Origin: Giardia intestinalis
Lineage: Eukaryota
Assembly (NCBI GenBank): GCA_000002435.2
Contig: CM018792.1
Direction: 5' to 3' (one strand)
Length of the DNA: 64,000 nucleotides
In this document: positions 1 to 9,811 of the stretch, in pieces
How the letters are laid out: every line of letters starts with the position of its first letter
Position numbering within the stretch: position 1 is the first letter of the stretch
Translations under genes and position numbers: made by a program
The notes under the pieces: generated by a model
What the model was told of the DNA's origin: nothing
Seen by the model: the letters and a program-made list of their open reading frames with translations, nothing else
The model's database searches: none

Positions 1-37
1 CGTAACTGATGCGTCTGGTTCTGTGGACTCTCCTACA

Positions 38-1918
38 ATGCACCCTCTTTTTAAGAACGAGATTTCCATATCCCCTCATCACAGACAGTCTGACGATGGC
101 CCTCTGTTGGCAGATCATCACACGAGAAGTCCTGCAGACAGTGGGTTTATGGAGAGGTTCAGTACGGGGGCATCAAAGCGCCTTTCCGATTGCGATGCGA
201 GTGCTGCCGATCATCCTGGTGTTGCTAAGGGTGTAACTGTTGACAGCATATCAACGTCGGTAGCTACCAAGGCTCTTCTAACAAGCAGAAATGTATACGA
301 TGGGGTCCCCAGATACAGCAGTGTCGATCAAAATGATCTGGACTACGCCTCTGCTATCTCAGGATTGTGCTCTCCAGGCAGACATTCTCAGCCTAGGAAG
401 CGTGCCCCTCACAACTTCCGTGATTCTACATCTTCGACCGCTATGCAGGATGAGAGTTTTGCATCTACAGCAATGTCCCCTGTCGCAGGATCTGGGAGCT
501 TTCGTAACAACCGACCCAATCTGCTTCGTCAATCAATCAGTAGTCATAAAGCAGATGCAGACTGGGATATTAATCAGTTCCGCGCAGAGTACCATGCCCT
601 CCTTGCCAAGTATCAACTACTCCAAACGAAACTGGAAGGTACACGGGACGGCTCTGTTGTCGACAACAATCTTGGCGTCTCTGAAGACCTTAGCTCATAC
701 ATTCAGCGCCTTGCAGTGGTGAAGTTCATTAATTACGCGGAAAGCTATGGGGTCTCATCTGTTCACACAGCAAAGCTAAACAATTTGCTACTACAGTTTA
801 AGGGAACTACATCTAATGCACTAATCAGCATTATTAAGGAGTTGCTTAAGCTAGAGGTATTATTATTGATTGCATCAGACAATAAGGTTCAAATGAAGGA
901 TATAATGTCAGCCGCCATCGCCAATACAGCCCACCTAGCCCCAAGCGATCTTCCAGGGCGGCAGATCTCTACCTCCATTCTTTCCACCTGCTCAAACCCT
1001 AACAACCCCCTTCCGGTAGACAGTTTTATTTCTGAGGATCTCTTTGCATGGATCAAGGATATAGACGAGAATTCACTTTTAGACAAGAGCAAGTGTAAGC
1101 TGGCAGACGCCGTTCAATCTAATGTACCCCAGTCATCAACCCTGGTTGGCTCTCAAATAACTGTACGCTCTCATAGCAACACAAATTTGCGCGACCCTTC
1201 GAAGACAGGCAGCCGAGCTGGATCTTCACTGCAGGGGGATGTAGATGCTGCATCTGTGGGCACACAGACGGTACACACAGGTGATGGTTTTGCCGTTTTG
1301 AGTAGCCAGGCTTTAAGTCCTAGATCATCGAACCCGATAACCTTCAGAGACAATGCGCCCAAGACGTCAATACAGCAGTTTGATAAGATGAACTTATACG
1401 AAATAAATAAGATGTGTAACAACCTGTCCTCCGCAAAGACCCAGGCGGATATACCGCACACTATCGTGGAGAGTCTGGCGATTCAGTCCGTACGCCTTTT
1501 TGCAGACATCGTCAATTCGGTGAGCACTTCAACAAATGCCACCAAGGCCAATTTATCCGCGTTTGAAACGGGGACAAACTGCTTGACGAGGAATCTCGAG
1601 TTTTCAAAGCTCATGGACACCAATCTATCATCATTGAATAATGACTTCACTCTTCTCCGTGAAATAATAATAGTTTATGAGCTGTACATTGAGAAGTTGA
1701 TTGAGCTGATGAGTGCGTCTTCTGCGAATGACCAAAGCAATATGGACACTAGTGCATTCAACTCTATATTATCACAACTATCTACCTCTCTCCAACTGTC
1801 GCCTATGACGTGCCTCTCTGCGCTAGGGAGCCAACTCAGCCACTGCAAGACCCCATCCGCCGCCATTCGGGTATTAGCAGACTACTTTATGAACAAAGAA
1901 ACGTCGCATATGGAGTAA
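38..1918 (+). CDS. hypothetical protein (may extend 5' beyond the window edge)
   Basis: Long open frame. The track start at 23 is GTG, the first ATG is at 38, and there is no in-frame stop between position 2 and 38. Predicted coiled-coil stretch (…FRAEYHALLAKYQLLQTKLEG…). No recognisable domain. Confidence 0.4.
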   Translation: MHPLFKNEISISPHHRQSDDGPLLADHHTRSPADSGFMERFSTGASKRLSDCDASAADHPGVAKGVTVDSISTSVATKALLTSRNVYDGVPRYSSVDQNDLDYASAISGLCSPGRHSQPRKRAPHNFRDSTSSTAMQDESFASTAMSPVAGSGSFRNNRPNLLRQSISSHKADADWDINQFRAEYHALLAKYQLLQTKLEGTRDGSVVDNNLGVSEDLSSYIQRLAVVKFINYAESYGVSSVHTAKLNNLLLQFKGTTSNALISIIKELLKLEVLLLIASDNKVQMKDIMSAAIANTAHLAPSDLPGRQISTSILSTCSNPNNPLPVDSFISEDLFAWIKDIDENSLLDKSKCKLADAVQSNVPQSSTLVGSQITVRSHSNTNLRDPSKTGSRAGSSLQGDVDAASVGTQTVHTGDGFAVLSSQALSPRSSNPITFRDNAPKTSIQQFDKMNLYEINKMCNNLSSAKTQADIPHTIVESLAIQSVRLFADIVNSVSTSTNATKANLSAFETGTNCLTRNLEFSKLMDTNLSSLNNDFTLLREIIIVYELYIEKLIELMSASSANDQSNMDTSAFNSILSQLSTSLQLSPMTCLSALGSQLSHCKTPSAAIRVLADYFMNKETSHME

Positions 1919-1961
1919 ACATGTGGTCCACCTTACACAGGGCTCTATAATTTACTGGAAT

Positions 1962-2801
1962 TCAGAAGATGTCGTTATTATCGTTTCCGGCAATGTCATC
2001 CGTCAAGAAGGTGTTGCCTCGAACTTCACGCTGGTTATTTATGATATCCTGTGCAAAATCGTCATCGTTGTAATCATCGTAGTCTTCCTTGTACTCAGCT
2101 TCCTGTGGCTTCGAGACTGGCGGCGGCTGGGGTGCTTCTACCTGTTCCTTAAAGCACTCAGTATCAAAGGTGTCGTCATCATCGGTCGGTGCAGTGTAGT
2201 CATTATTAGAAGTACGATTCAAAAAGTCCTCGGTTCTGTAGGAGTCCTCCTTGGGGGTGTACCTTTGTCGGTGGGCCCTGACAGAAGGCAAAGATGAATT
2301 GCGAGACGACCGGTCATAGTTGTAGCTAGACATCCCGGCGGACGCAGGAGGGTATTCGGACAGATGCTCAAGATCCTTTCTGGAACGAATGTAGTCGGCC
2401 TCGAGCTTCTGAACAGAATGAGTGGGCTTGACGCTAGAGATCTGGCGGTGGATCCTTTGGTTCTCTGCTTCTATTTCGCGCACCCTCTTCTCGCGCATGA
2501 GAATATTGAGGGACTTCGGACCTTGCTGCTTCAGATGGCAGTCGATGCGCGCCGGGTGGCGTAGTTCGTTATGATAGTCAATTCGTCTCAAAAGAATATG
2601 ATTTTCGCGGTTTATCTGTTCAAGACGTTCGTTTGCTTCGTAGAGCTTCTTAGAACGACACTCAAGATGCGGCTGTCTCGGCGGTGTCTTGTTGTCCACA
2701 GCCGCCTTCATGGACGCCTTCTTCTTCTCGTGCGCTTGCTTATCCCTCTCGACCCAGATCTTTTGGAGGTACTTGGATGCAACGGGTATACCTCTATCCA
2801 T
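1962..2801 (-). CDS. hypothetical basic/acidic coiled-coil protein
   Basis: Track ORF 1962..2885 begins with TTG; the first ATG gives MDRGIPVASKYLQKIW…. Lys/Arg-rich coiled coil (…ANERLEQINRENHILLRRI…) followed by an Asp/Tyr-rich acidic tail. I could not place it in a family. Confidence 0.35.
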   Translation of the reverse strand: MDRGIPVASKYLQKIWVERDKQAHEKKKASMKAAVDNKTPPRQPHLECRSKKLYEANERLEQINRENHILLRRIDYHNELRHPARIDCHLKQQGPKSLNILMREKRVREIEAENQRIHRQISSVKPTHSVQKLEADYIRSRKDLEHLSEYPPASAGMSSYNYDRSSRNSSLPSVRAHRQRYTPKEDSYRTEDFLNRTSNNDYTAPTDDDDTFDTECFKEQVEAPQPPPVSKPQEAEYKEDYDDYNDDDFAQDIINNQREVRGNTFLTDDIAGNDNNDIF

Positions 2802-2939
2802 TAATTTTTGGATTTTATTGTAATTTTGAGATCCCAGCAGGTCAGATCTCTGAGTAGAAACATGGAACTGAATAGTACACAACAAGCATACAGCGCTGTC
2901 CTTTATACCTGTGGAATCATCATCGTCAGAAGGCCGTCT

Positions 2940-3863
2940 CTAATCCTCGGCAACTTCACTAATATTTGAGCTACGATTGCTCGTAGTACTGGCAAAGGAT
3001 CTCAGGTGTATGGCAAACTCGGCATGTGAGTCGGACATATTGCTGCACACGGCTGGATCTATTTCTATCTCATCTTGGGTGCCGTGAATGTTCACAAAGG
3101 AAGCTTGCACAGGTGACGCCAAGGACCGAACAGACGGAACTGTTTCAACGCTCTCAAAAGAGCCACGGAACAAGTGAGCAGGGTCTACCTTAAAGCGGGA
3201 CACCAGCAAGGACGGATTGGTCGCATCCTCTTTATAGGTCATTGAACCTGGAACTATGTACCGTGGAGACACCGTTCCCGAAAAATCTGCCGGAACCTCA
3301 GCACTGAAAACGGTACCGGACAGGGAGACGATATTGGATATAGATTCTGCAACCCTCTGCTTTCGATTTTCTTCTCCTGCGACACACATGGCTGCTACGA
3401 AGGGTCCGAGGTCATACTCTGCATTAGAAGACCGGCTTCCGGATGATCTTTTCCCATGCTTGTTGGATCGGTGTCGTGACTTATCCTTCCCGTTGTACTT
3501 GTGCCCCTTCCAGGCGGAGGAAACCAAGTTGGGATTTGTATAGATGAAGGAGTAAACAGGCTTCGAGAGAGCGTCAGATCCCTCTTGTGAGAGGCCGTAG
3601 CTCATGCTCAGCTTGTCTGTGGTTGATGGCTCATCAGCTAATGGCTTCCTTTTCTCTCTGACCGTGCGATCCTTGCGTTTGCTAGTATTTTCTGTAAGCA
3701 TCTGAACCGCCAAGGACAGGGGAGAAAGCGGCCTCGCAGAAGCTATTACACAACTGGAAGCCTTTCTCTTGCTCTGCTTACATCCAGGTGCATGGCTCAG
3801 AGGTTGATACCTGTCGCCACCTGGCTTTCCAGGTGCTGTTTCTGGAACAGTAGAAACTTTCAT
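2940..3863 (-). CDS. hypothetical Ser-rich protein
   Basis: 307-aa ORF with an ATG start at 3861-3863. Low-complexity Ser/Lys/Arg stretches. No motif recognised. Confidence 0.35.
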   Translation of the reverse strand: MKVSTVPETAPGKPGGDRYQPLSHAPGCKQSKRKASSCVIASARPLSPLSLAVQMLTENTSKRKDRTVREKRKPLADEPSTTDKLSMSYGLSQEGSDALSKPVYSFIYTNPNLVSSAWKGHKYNGKDKSRHRSNKHGKRSSGSRSSNAEYDLGPFVAAMCVAGEENRKQRVAESISNIVSLSGTVFSAEVPADFSGTVSPRYIVPGSMTYKEDATNPSLLVSRFKVDPAHLFRGSFESVETVPSVRSLASPVQASFVNIHGTQDEIEIDPAVCSNMSDSHAEFAIHLRSFASTTSNRSSNISEVAED

Positions 3864-4109
3864 GCTGGCTGGCTGGGACCCAGTAGCAGTGATTACAGTA
3901 GCATCGTCTGCCTCCCAGTCGTTGCAGCAGGCACAGAAACCTAATTTCCGCGTCTCAAATTGACCTTAGTGCTGGCAGAATTTGTTTGTAACTCTTGTGG
4001 CACACGAAAATTGCGATATAAGCCATGTTCCGGCAAACTAGTATGTGCTACGGGGCCAGGGCTGACTAAGGTAACGCAGTAATGCAATCAAATCCATGTT
4101 CACACGAGC

Positions 4110-4754
4110 TTATATGGAGGACATGGGTGCGCGTACCGGCGTTCCCAACCGCTGCCCTGGGGGGTCGGTTGTTAGCTCCCTACATTGGGATTTCAAATGA
4201 ACTGTCTGAGAGGAATCTATGTTTTCGTGCTCAGCATAGTTTGAAAATAAGCCGGGATTAGAGCTTACAAGAGAGTGCATGTCTTCAGGAATCATAGCGC
4301 CATCTTGCAAAGACGCCACTAGGTCTGGATTATGAATCAGCACTTGTTCATTTGCACTTATGCGAGTCGATTCTTGTGCCTCCACTATCTCATGTTCAGC
4401 TGGGTCCGCCAGATCGTGGAAATCACTGGGAGGCTCTTCAATAGGAGGCGGGGCTGGTAGATCGGCTGTATAAAGGAGGGACCTTGCGACAGAGAGGTCC
4501 TTTGGCTCGGGAGCAGGCTCCTCGAGGATATTACTGAGCCCACCAGTCATATTGATGTTGGTGTCTGCAATTAATCCATAGCCAGTAACGTTCTCTAAAT
4601 CGGGGGTAGGGAACGCGTCACGCTGGAATGCAGCGCCTGCAGGCCTCGTGTACGCCTCTTCTGTTTCTACCACTACATTGTATCGTTCACAGATGGCCCG
4701 GATCTTATTATACGACTCTGTGAGCATGGAGTACGCCATGGTGGCCGTGTTCAT
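4110..4754 (-). CDS. hypothetical protein
   Basis: 214-aa ORF with an ATG start, containing a Pro/Glu-rich acidic segment (…APEPKDLSV…APPPIEEPPSDF…). No motif recognised. Confidence 0.35.
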   Translation of the reverse strand: MNTATMAYSMLTESYNKIRAICERYNVVVETEEAYTRPAGAAFQRDAFPTPDLENVTGYGLIADTNINMTGGLSNILEEPAPEPKDLSVARSLLYTADLPAPPPIEEPPSDFHDLADPAEHEIVEAQESTRISANEQVLIHNPDLVASLQDGAMIPEDMHSLVSSNPGLFSNYAEHENIDSSQTVHLKSQCRELTTDPPGQRLGTPVRAPMSSI

Positions 4755-5160
4755 TTTGGTTTAAAAGTTTCAAGTCGAGCCCACATTGTATGCCATATGT
4801 CTTTGAGAAGTCTGAGACAGGGATGCTGGTCATTATCTCTCTGACTGCTGTGAGCGGGCTTTGCCAGTTAGCGACACTGCGATTGGCTCCGCTTAGATCG
4901 CTGCTATCATCTATACTGTATCAGGCGGTTTTTGCCACAAATCCTAGTAACTAACTGTATTAGTATCTTAATCTATGTGTTATCGATGTAATGTCATCAG
5001 CTTTTAATTGAGTAACTCACTACTTGCTCACCTCTCAAACCTACGCCTTGCCACCACTTATCTGCCGTGATTTTGGATCTTCTCCGGGTCCCTATTCAGA
5101 TACTGCGTGTCGCTTGAAGATCTATGGCCAGATATCCACCAGCGGATTCATCGATGATGC

Positions 5161-5175
5161 GTTTACTATCTAAGT
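5161..5175 (-). promoter_or_regulatory. VSP-type extended polyadenylation signal (ACTTAGATAGTAAAC) immediately 3' of the stop codon
   Basis: The minus-strand sequence directly after the TAG stop of the truncated VSP reads ACTTAGATAGTAAAC. This matches the described Giardia VSP 3' consensus ACTYAGRTAGTRAAY, which contains the general AGTRAAY poly(A) signal. Confidence 0.55.
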
Positions 5176-6993
5176 CTACGCCTTTCCGCGGCAGATGAAC
5201 CACCAACACAAGAAGCCCACGAGGCCCCCAACGACAACAATCACAGCGACGGAGATCCCCGCGATGGCCCCCGTGGAGAGCCCGCCCCTGTTGGCGCCAG
5301 AGGACACACACCTGCCACCCTCCAGCTTGTAGTCGTCCCCGCACTGGCCGCACTTGTTCTCCTCGCTGCACCTGATACACCCGTCGATATTGCAGGCGAT
5401 GCACTTCGTTCCGTCTGTGTCCGGTCTCTGGTCTTTACTGGTACAGGCCTCGCACTTGCCGCCTGCTCCACAGTGCGAGCATCCGTCAACGGTACATGCG
5501 AAGCACCCGCTCCCAGCCAGGTTGGGCTTGTTGTTGCCGCTACACGCTGTGCACGTGGCGGGGGCCATGCCAGGAGCCTCTAGCGCTGCTGGGGCCGTGC
5601 ATGCTGTGCAGCCATATACCCCCACATATGCCTTAGCGGTGCTGCCAGCCCCTATCACTGTGCCAAGGGGGTTCTCGCAGGCCAGGACAGACTGATCAGT
5701 ACTGGATGCCCCCGGGACCAGGAAGTACCGGCCGTTCTCGCTGGGGGCGGTGCACCTCCCTCCCTCGGCAGTCTTGCACATATAGCTACCAGGAGCCTTC
5801 GACACATCATAGCAGCCGCCCATGTACAGGAAGTACCCGGCAGCACACCGGGTGCAGACGCCGTTCTCGCAGGTGTTGTCACCTTTAGTTCCTGTGCAGA
5901 TCCCATCGATGGGGAACGTGGCGGGGTCTCCGCACAGCGAGCAGTACTGGGAGAACGCCCCGGCGCTGTCAACGACGACCGCCCCGCAGGCCCCAGACGT
6001 CCCCCCGCAGGCCGTGGGGTCCTCGCAGGCCTTTGTGCACTTCACCGGATTGGTTCCCTCCTTGCGATAGTTGGACTTGCAATCGGTGCATGTAGGGGTT
6101 AGGCCGCTGTTACATTGGGAGCACCCCTCGATGCCATTGTCGGCTTTACTGTCGCAGGCGAAGCACTTACCAGCAGAGCCGGGTTGTTTCATGAAGAATC
6201 CAGGCTTGCATTTAGTGCACTGATCATTGCCAGCAGCAGAGCATGTAGCACAGTTGGCACCGCAAGCTGTGCATGTATCAGAACCAAAGTATCCGTCGAG
6301 GCAAGCTGAGCAGGTCGGCTTGGCTCCGTTCTTCTTACACGTTTTACAATTAGCAATCCCCTTGTCGTTTGCTTCTGTTCCTGTTGTTGTATCACTGCAT
6401 AATATGCACTTGGTGCTATCATCACTCAGAAAGTGGGATCCGTCGACGTTATCTGTTGCGCACCCAGCATCATCGACGCAAGTGGTTGTCCCATCCAGCT
6501 CTGTCTTCACCTTCTTATTGTTACAGGCGGTGCACTGGGGCTTGCTGACAGTCGTGTTGTACTCACACGCGGTGCAATCTGCTATACCAGACTCCTTGCA
6601 TGTCCTTGTCACAGGGTCAGCATAAGTGTTTCCTTCACATGTAGGTGAACAGGTATTATCGCTTTTCAGATACTTCCCCTCCTTACAGGATGTGCAATGA
6701 TTCGGACCACTTCCACTGCAAGTCAGACAGGACTGATCACACTGATTGCATTCGTTATTCTCTTTATAGTACCCCTCTTGACAGGCAGTGCACGTGGCTG
6801 CCCCCTTATTATTAGTTGGTGCCGTACATGTGGCACAGCCCTCGACTCCCTTCGTCGCGCCATCTCCCACCGTGTCCCAGCAGAGGATGCACTCATTACC
6901 AGGAGTCACTGTTGCAGCCGGGTTCTTGAACAGGCCGTTAGCTGTGTTACAAGCAGTGCACACTCCACTACTGGCCTTTGTGCATATCTCACT
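5176..6993 (-). pseudogene. 5'-truncated variant-specific surface protein (VSP) copy lacking a start codon and signal peptide
   Basis: The ~600-aa frame is packed with CXXC motifs and a GGCY motif (…AAGYFLYMGGCYDVSK…). It has a C-terminal TM helix plus the invariant CRGKA tail (…GFLCWWFICRGKA). The track M at 6961-6963 is GTG. The frame is closed by an in-frame stop at 6994-6996. The first in-frame ATG is ~260 codons in (…GFFMKQ…). Only 109 bp separate it from the stop of the upstream VSP, so there is no room for a signal peptide. Confidence 0.7.
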
Positions 6994-6996
6994 CCA

Positions 6997-7048
6997 CTAT
7001 CACCCTCTATCATCACCCTCTATCACACACTATCACCTTCTATCACAC
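6997..7048. repeat. imperfect ~10-bp tandem repeat (CTATCACNNN x5) at the VSP-VSP junction
   Basis: Read directly: ctatcaccctc / tatcatcaccctc / tatcacacac / tatcaccttc / tatcacacat. It lies between the poly(A) motif of the upstream VSP and the truncated VSP. Confidence 0.6.
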
Positions 7049-7056
7049 ATTGTACA

Positions 7057-7072
7057 GCATTCACTACCTAAG
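7057..7072 (-). promoter_or_regulatory. VSP-type extended polyadenylation signal (ACTTAGGTAGTGAAT)
   Basis: The minus-strand sequence immediately after the TGA stop (7073-7075) of the full-length VSP reads ACTTAGGTAGTGAATGC, a perfect match to ACTYAGRTAGTRAAY. Confidence 0.55.
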
Positions 7073-9049
7073 TCACGCCTTCCCCCTGCAGAGGAACCAC
7101 CAGCAGAGGAAGCCCACGAGGCCCCCCACGACAGCGACCACAGCGACGGAGATCCCCGCGATGGCCCCCGTGGAGAGCCCGCCCCTGTTGACGCTTCCGC
7201 CGGTGTTGTCGCCAGTGCCGTCGCCCATCTCGAGGCACATGAACGCACCGGTGGATGACACCGTGCACTGCCTGCACCCAGCGAGCCCCTCAGAGCACGG
7301 ATTACACTTTGTCCCAGCACTCTGCGGTTTGTAATATCCAGTGCTGCATGTAGCACAGGCGTTAGCGTCGTTAGCAGCCGTGCATGTCTCGCAGCTAAGA
7401 TGGCACCTTTTATTGGAACAATCGCCATTATCAGCCGTTAGACCACTGGCACATTTTGTACATTTTCCTCCCTGCACTGTAGTACACACCTGCTTGCCAG
7501 GCTGTCTATCTGTCTGATAGCAACCACCATCTTTGAGGAAGTAGTTATTTTCACATTGAGTGCATGCTCCATTACTCACCGTAGTGCAAAATCGTGTTCG
7601 CGTATTGGCCGCACAGTTGCCATCCAGTGGTGCCTGTTGAGTGTTCTTGCACTTTGAGCAGTATGCAGTTCCTCCTATTTGGGCCCCACACTCTGCGCAT
7701 CCATCGTTTGCAGGGCTCACGCTGCACTGGTTCATGCACGTGCCCCCATTGGCAGGAGTATCAGCATCTGTATACTGAAGCATCCTCCCAGCAGGACAAG
7801 CCGTACACTTATCAGCGCCCTCACCCTTGCACTCTATGCACGCATCGTTGCACTTCTTGCACTTTCTGTCAGTGTCATTTCCGTAGTAGCCCTTGAGGGT
7901 CGTGCAGTCAGATACGCATTGACTGGTTGGGGTGAGGTAGTACTCAGACAGACACTTTGTACAGACCTCCTTATCGGCACCTTCACCGGTGCACTCCAAA
8001 CAGTGCTCTGTGTTACAGTTACTGATTGGTTGGCATTCAGTCGATTCAGTATTAGGTTGGAGTCCTTCGTTGCACTCGCACATTTGGCTACCCTGCCCGG
8101 TGGCCTTGGGGGTAGAGTTAGCAGGGCAACTAGCAACGCACGACTTTCTGTTGAGACCAAAGATGGTCTTCTTGCCAGTCGTACATGTCTTGCAAACCAC
8201 TCCGTTGGCGCCTTTCTCACAAGTGGTGCAGTCCACCGTCCCTCCTGAAACGCAGGTGTTGCACTCCTTTGCTTCTTCATCAACGTAGTGGGTTGCCGGA
8301 CAACCAGCTGTATCAACACATTCTCCTGAATTACTAGAAGCATCTGTCACTTTAAGATATTCCTTGTCGTTGCCACCAGCTGATTTCAGCTTGCATCGTG
8401 TGCATTTGCTGTTTCCTGCTCCAACACATGTAGCGCAGTTATCATCGTTGCAGGCAGTGCATGCTGTTCCGCCAGAGGCAACAAAGAATCCTTCAAAGCA
8501 CGTCTTGCATGTGGCGGTTTTCCCCAAACGAAGAGCACCAGCAGGATTCTCTATTGTGCACGTCGCACAGTTCTGAACCCCCTTGTTTTCATCTATAGCT
8601 GTGGTTTGATTGCATGCAATACAGGACTCCTTCGTTTTATCGAGAGATTCTGTCGGATTCTTGAAATATCCCGGGCTGCACGCCTCGCAGACCCCTTGAG
8701 TTTGTGACGCCTGCGTGTCCTCGCAAATGAGATTCCCCGGCTCCGTCCCTATCTTGTAACATCCTCCCCTGTGCAGGAAGAAGCCGGCTTTACAAGATGT
8801 ACATGTGCCATCATTCTTTGTTGTACATGCTCCTTCAGCATCCTCGCCTGTAGTTATGCACTTTCCATTGACAAGATGCTCTGCTGCTGTCGAGCACTGG
8901 GAGCAGAAGTTTGAGCCCCCAATCCAGACGTCGCACTTGTCCTGTTTGCATTTCTTTGATTCCGGGTCGCTGGTAGCCACTGTGCATGTTTCTGCCGCAG
9001 CCCATACCACTTGCAGGATGGCGATTCCGAAGATGATTTTCTCGAACAT
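7073..9049 (-). CDS. vsp: variant-specific surface protein (VSP), full length
   Basis: Track ORF 7073..9070 starts with GTG; the first ATG at 9047-9049 gives MFEKIIFGIAILQVVWAAAETC…, a hydrophobic signal peptide. The ectodomain is Cys-rich with many CXXC motifs and a GGCY motif (AGFFLHRGGCYKIG). The C-terminus has a TM helix and the invariant tail …GGLVGFLCWWFLCRGKA. The VSP poly(A) motif follows. Confidence 0.85.
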   Translation of the reverse strand: MFEKIIFGIAILQVVWAAAETCTVATSDPESKKCKQDKCDVWIGGSNFCSQCSTAAEHLVNGKCITTGEDAEGACTTKNDGTCTSCKAGFFLHRGGCYKIGTEPGNLICEDTQASQTQGVCEACSPGYFKNPTESLDKTKESCIACNQTTAIDENKGVQNCATCTIENPAGALRLGKTATCKTCFEGFFVASGGTACTACNDDNCATCVGAGNSKCTRCKLKSAGGNDKEYLKVTDASSNSGECVDTAGCPATHYVDEEAKECNTCVSGGTVDCTTCEKGANGVVCKTCTTGKKTIFGLNRKSCVASCPANSTPKATGQGSQMCECNEGLQPNTESTECQPISNCNTEHCLECTGEGADKEVCTKCLSEYYLTPTSQCVSDCTTLKGYYGNDTDRKCKKCNDACIECKGEGADKCTACPAGRMLQYTDADTPANGGTCMNQCSVSPANDGCAECGAQIGGTAYCSKCKNTQQAPLDGNCAANTRTRFCTTVSNGACTQCENNYFLKDGGCYQTDRQPGKQVCTTVQGGKCTKCASGLTADNGDCSNKRCHLSCETCTAANDANACATCSTGYYKPQSAGTKCNPCSEGLAGCRQCTVSSTGAFMCLEMGDGTGDNTGGSVNRGGLSTGAIAGISVAVVAVVGGLVGFLCWWFLCRGKA

Positions 9050-9446
9050 TGCCGGCAGCCCATAGAGCACGCAACACCAGGCGACGCTGCCACGTGGTGA
9101 GTGAGGATAATGTGCACCTCACAGGCATGCCCCGGTGTAGCGGATCTCTGGTGTCCTAGCGGCCTCTCCTGTGTGTGGCGTCTCTAGGTACCAAGGAGAG
9201 AATGGGCGTTGTGACATCTCAAGAACGGCCCCTCGCACATCACCGGTACCTGCGACAGTAGCCACCACCCCACGAATGGTCCGCTCAGATAGTGAATACG
9301 TCCACTGCTATGAAACTGGACCGATGCTCTTCACAAGAGCTGCCTGGACGGGAAGAAGCGCTGTGCTGTTGGGATTGCCTGTAAGCGCACCCAGAAATCC
9401 CACGAGTAAGTTTCACTCTTGTGGTCGTGTCCGGAGACAAACGTTA

Positions 9447-9468
9447 GTCCCTGATGATATCATCAGGG
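9447..9468. repeat. perfect 22-bp palindrome TCCCTGATGATATCATCAGGGA
   Basis: Read directly; it is self-complementary around a central GATATC. It lies in the 760-bp divergent intergenic region between the VSP (-) and the HCMP (+). Confidence 0.55.
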
Positions 9469-9811
9469 ATCTCTCTTTATTTGTATACCAGGAGTTGCTT
9501 GTATTCATCGGTCGTTTTGTGTAGTATGTGCTCAGACTGAGTGTGTGTCGACCTGCCTCACTTTTTGATCTTCTTTTATGTTGGGTGAAGTGAATCATCA
9601 TCGTCCAAGTAGTATCCGATTTCTTGAATCAAAAAACAGCGAGAATGCCGCTCTACGTGACAGTTCCCATGCTTGACGTTAACTGTACCGGTTGACTACG
9701 CAAGAATCTATGCGAGTCTTATGTTTCCGAGTATTTCTATAACAAAAGTAGTGTGATAGGATTCTCTATTAAATATGGATGCATTAAAAACTTGCTTTCT
9801 CCAGGAGTCTC

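Noticed and set aside
1962-2801. Possible CFAP97/hemingway-like flagellar domain in the basic coiled-coil protein
   Set aside because: It rests only on a vague K/R-rich coiled-coil resemblance (…ANERLEQINRENHILLRRI…). There is not enough for a family call.
9171-9524. 117-aa ORF in the VSP/HCMP divergent intergenic region
   Set aside because: Its GTG/ATG context is poor and its composition is not protein-like. It lies in the promoter region of two divergent genes and is more likely non-coding.
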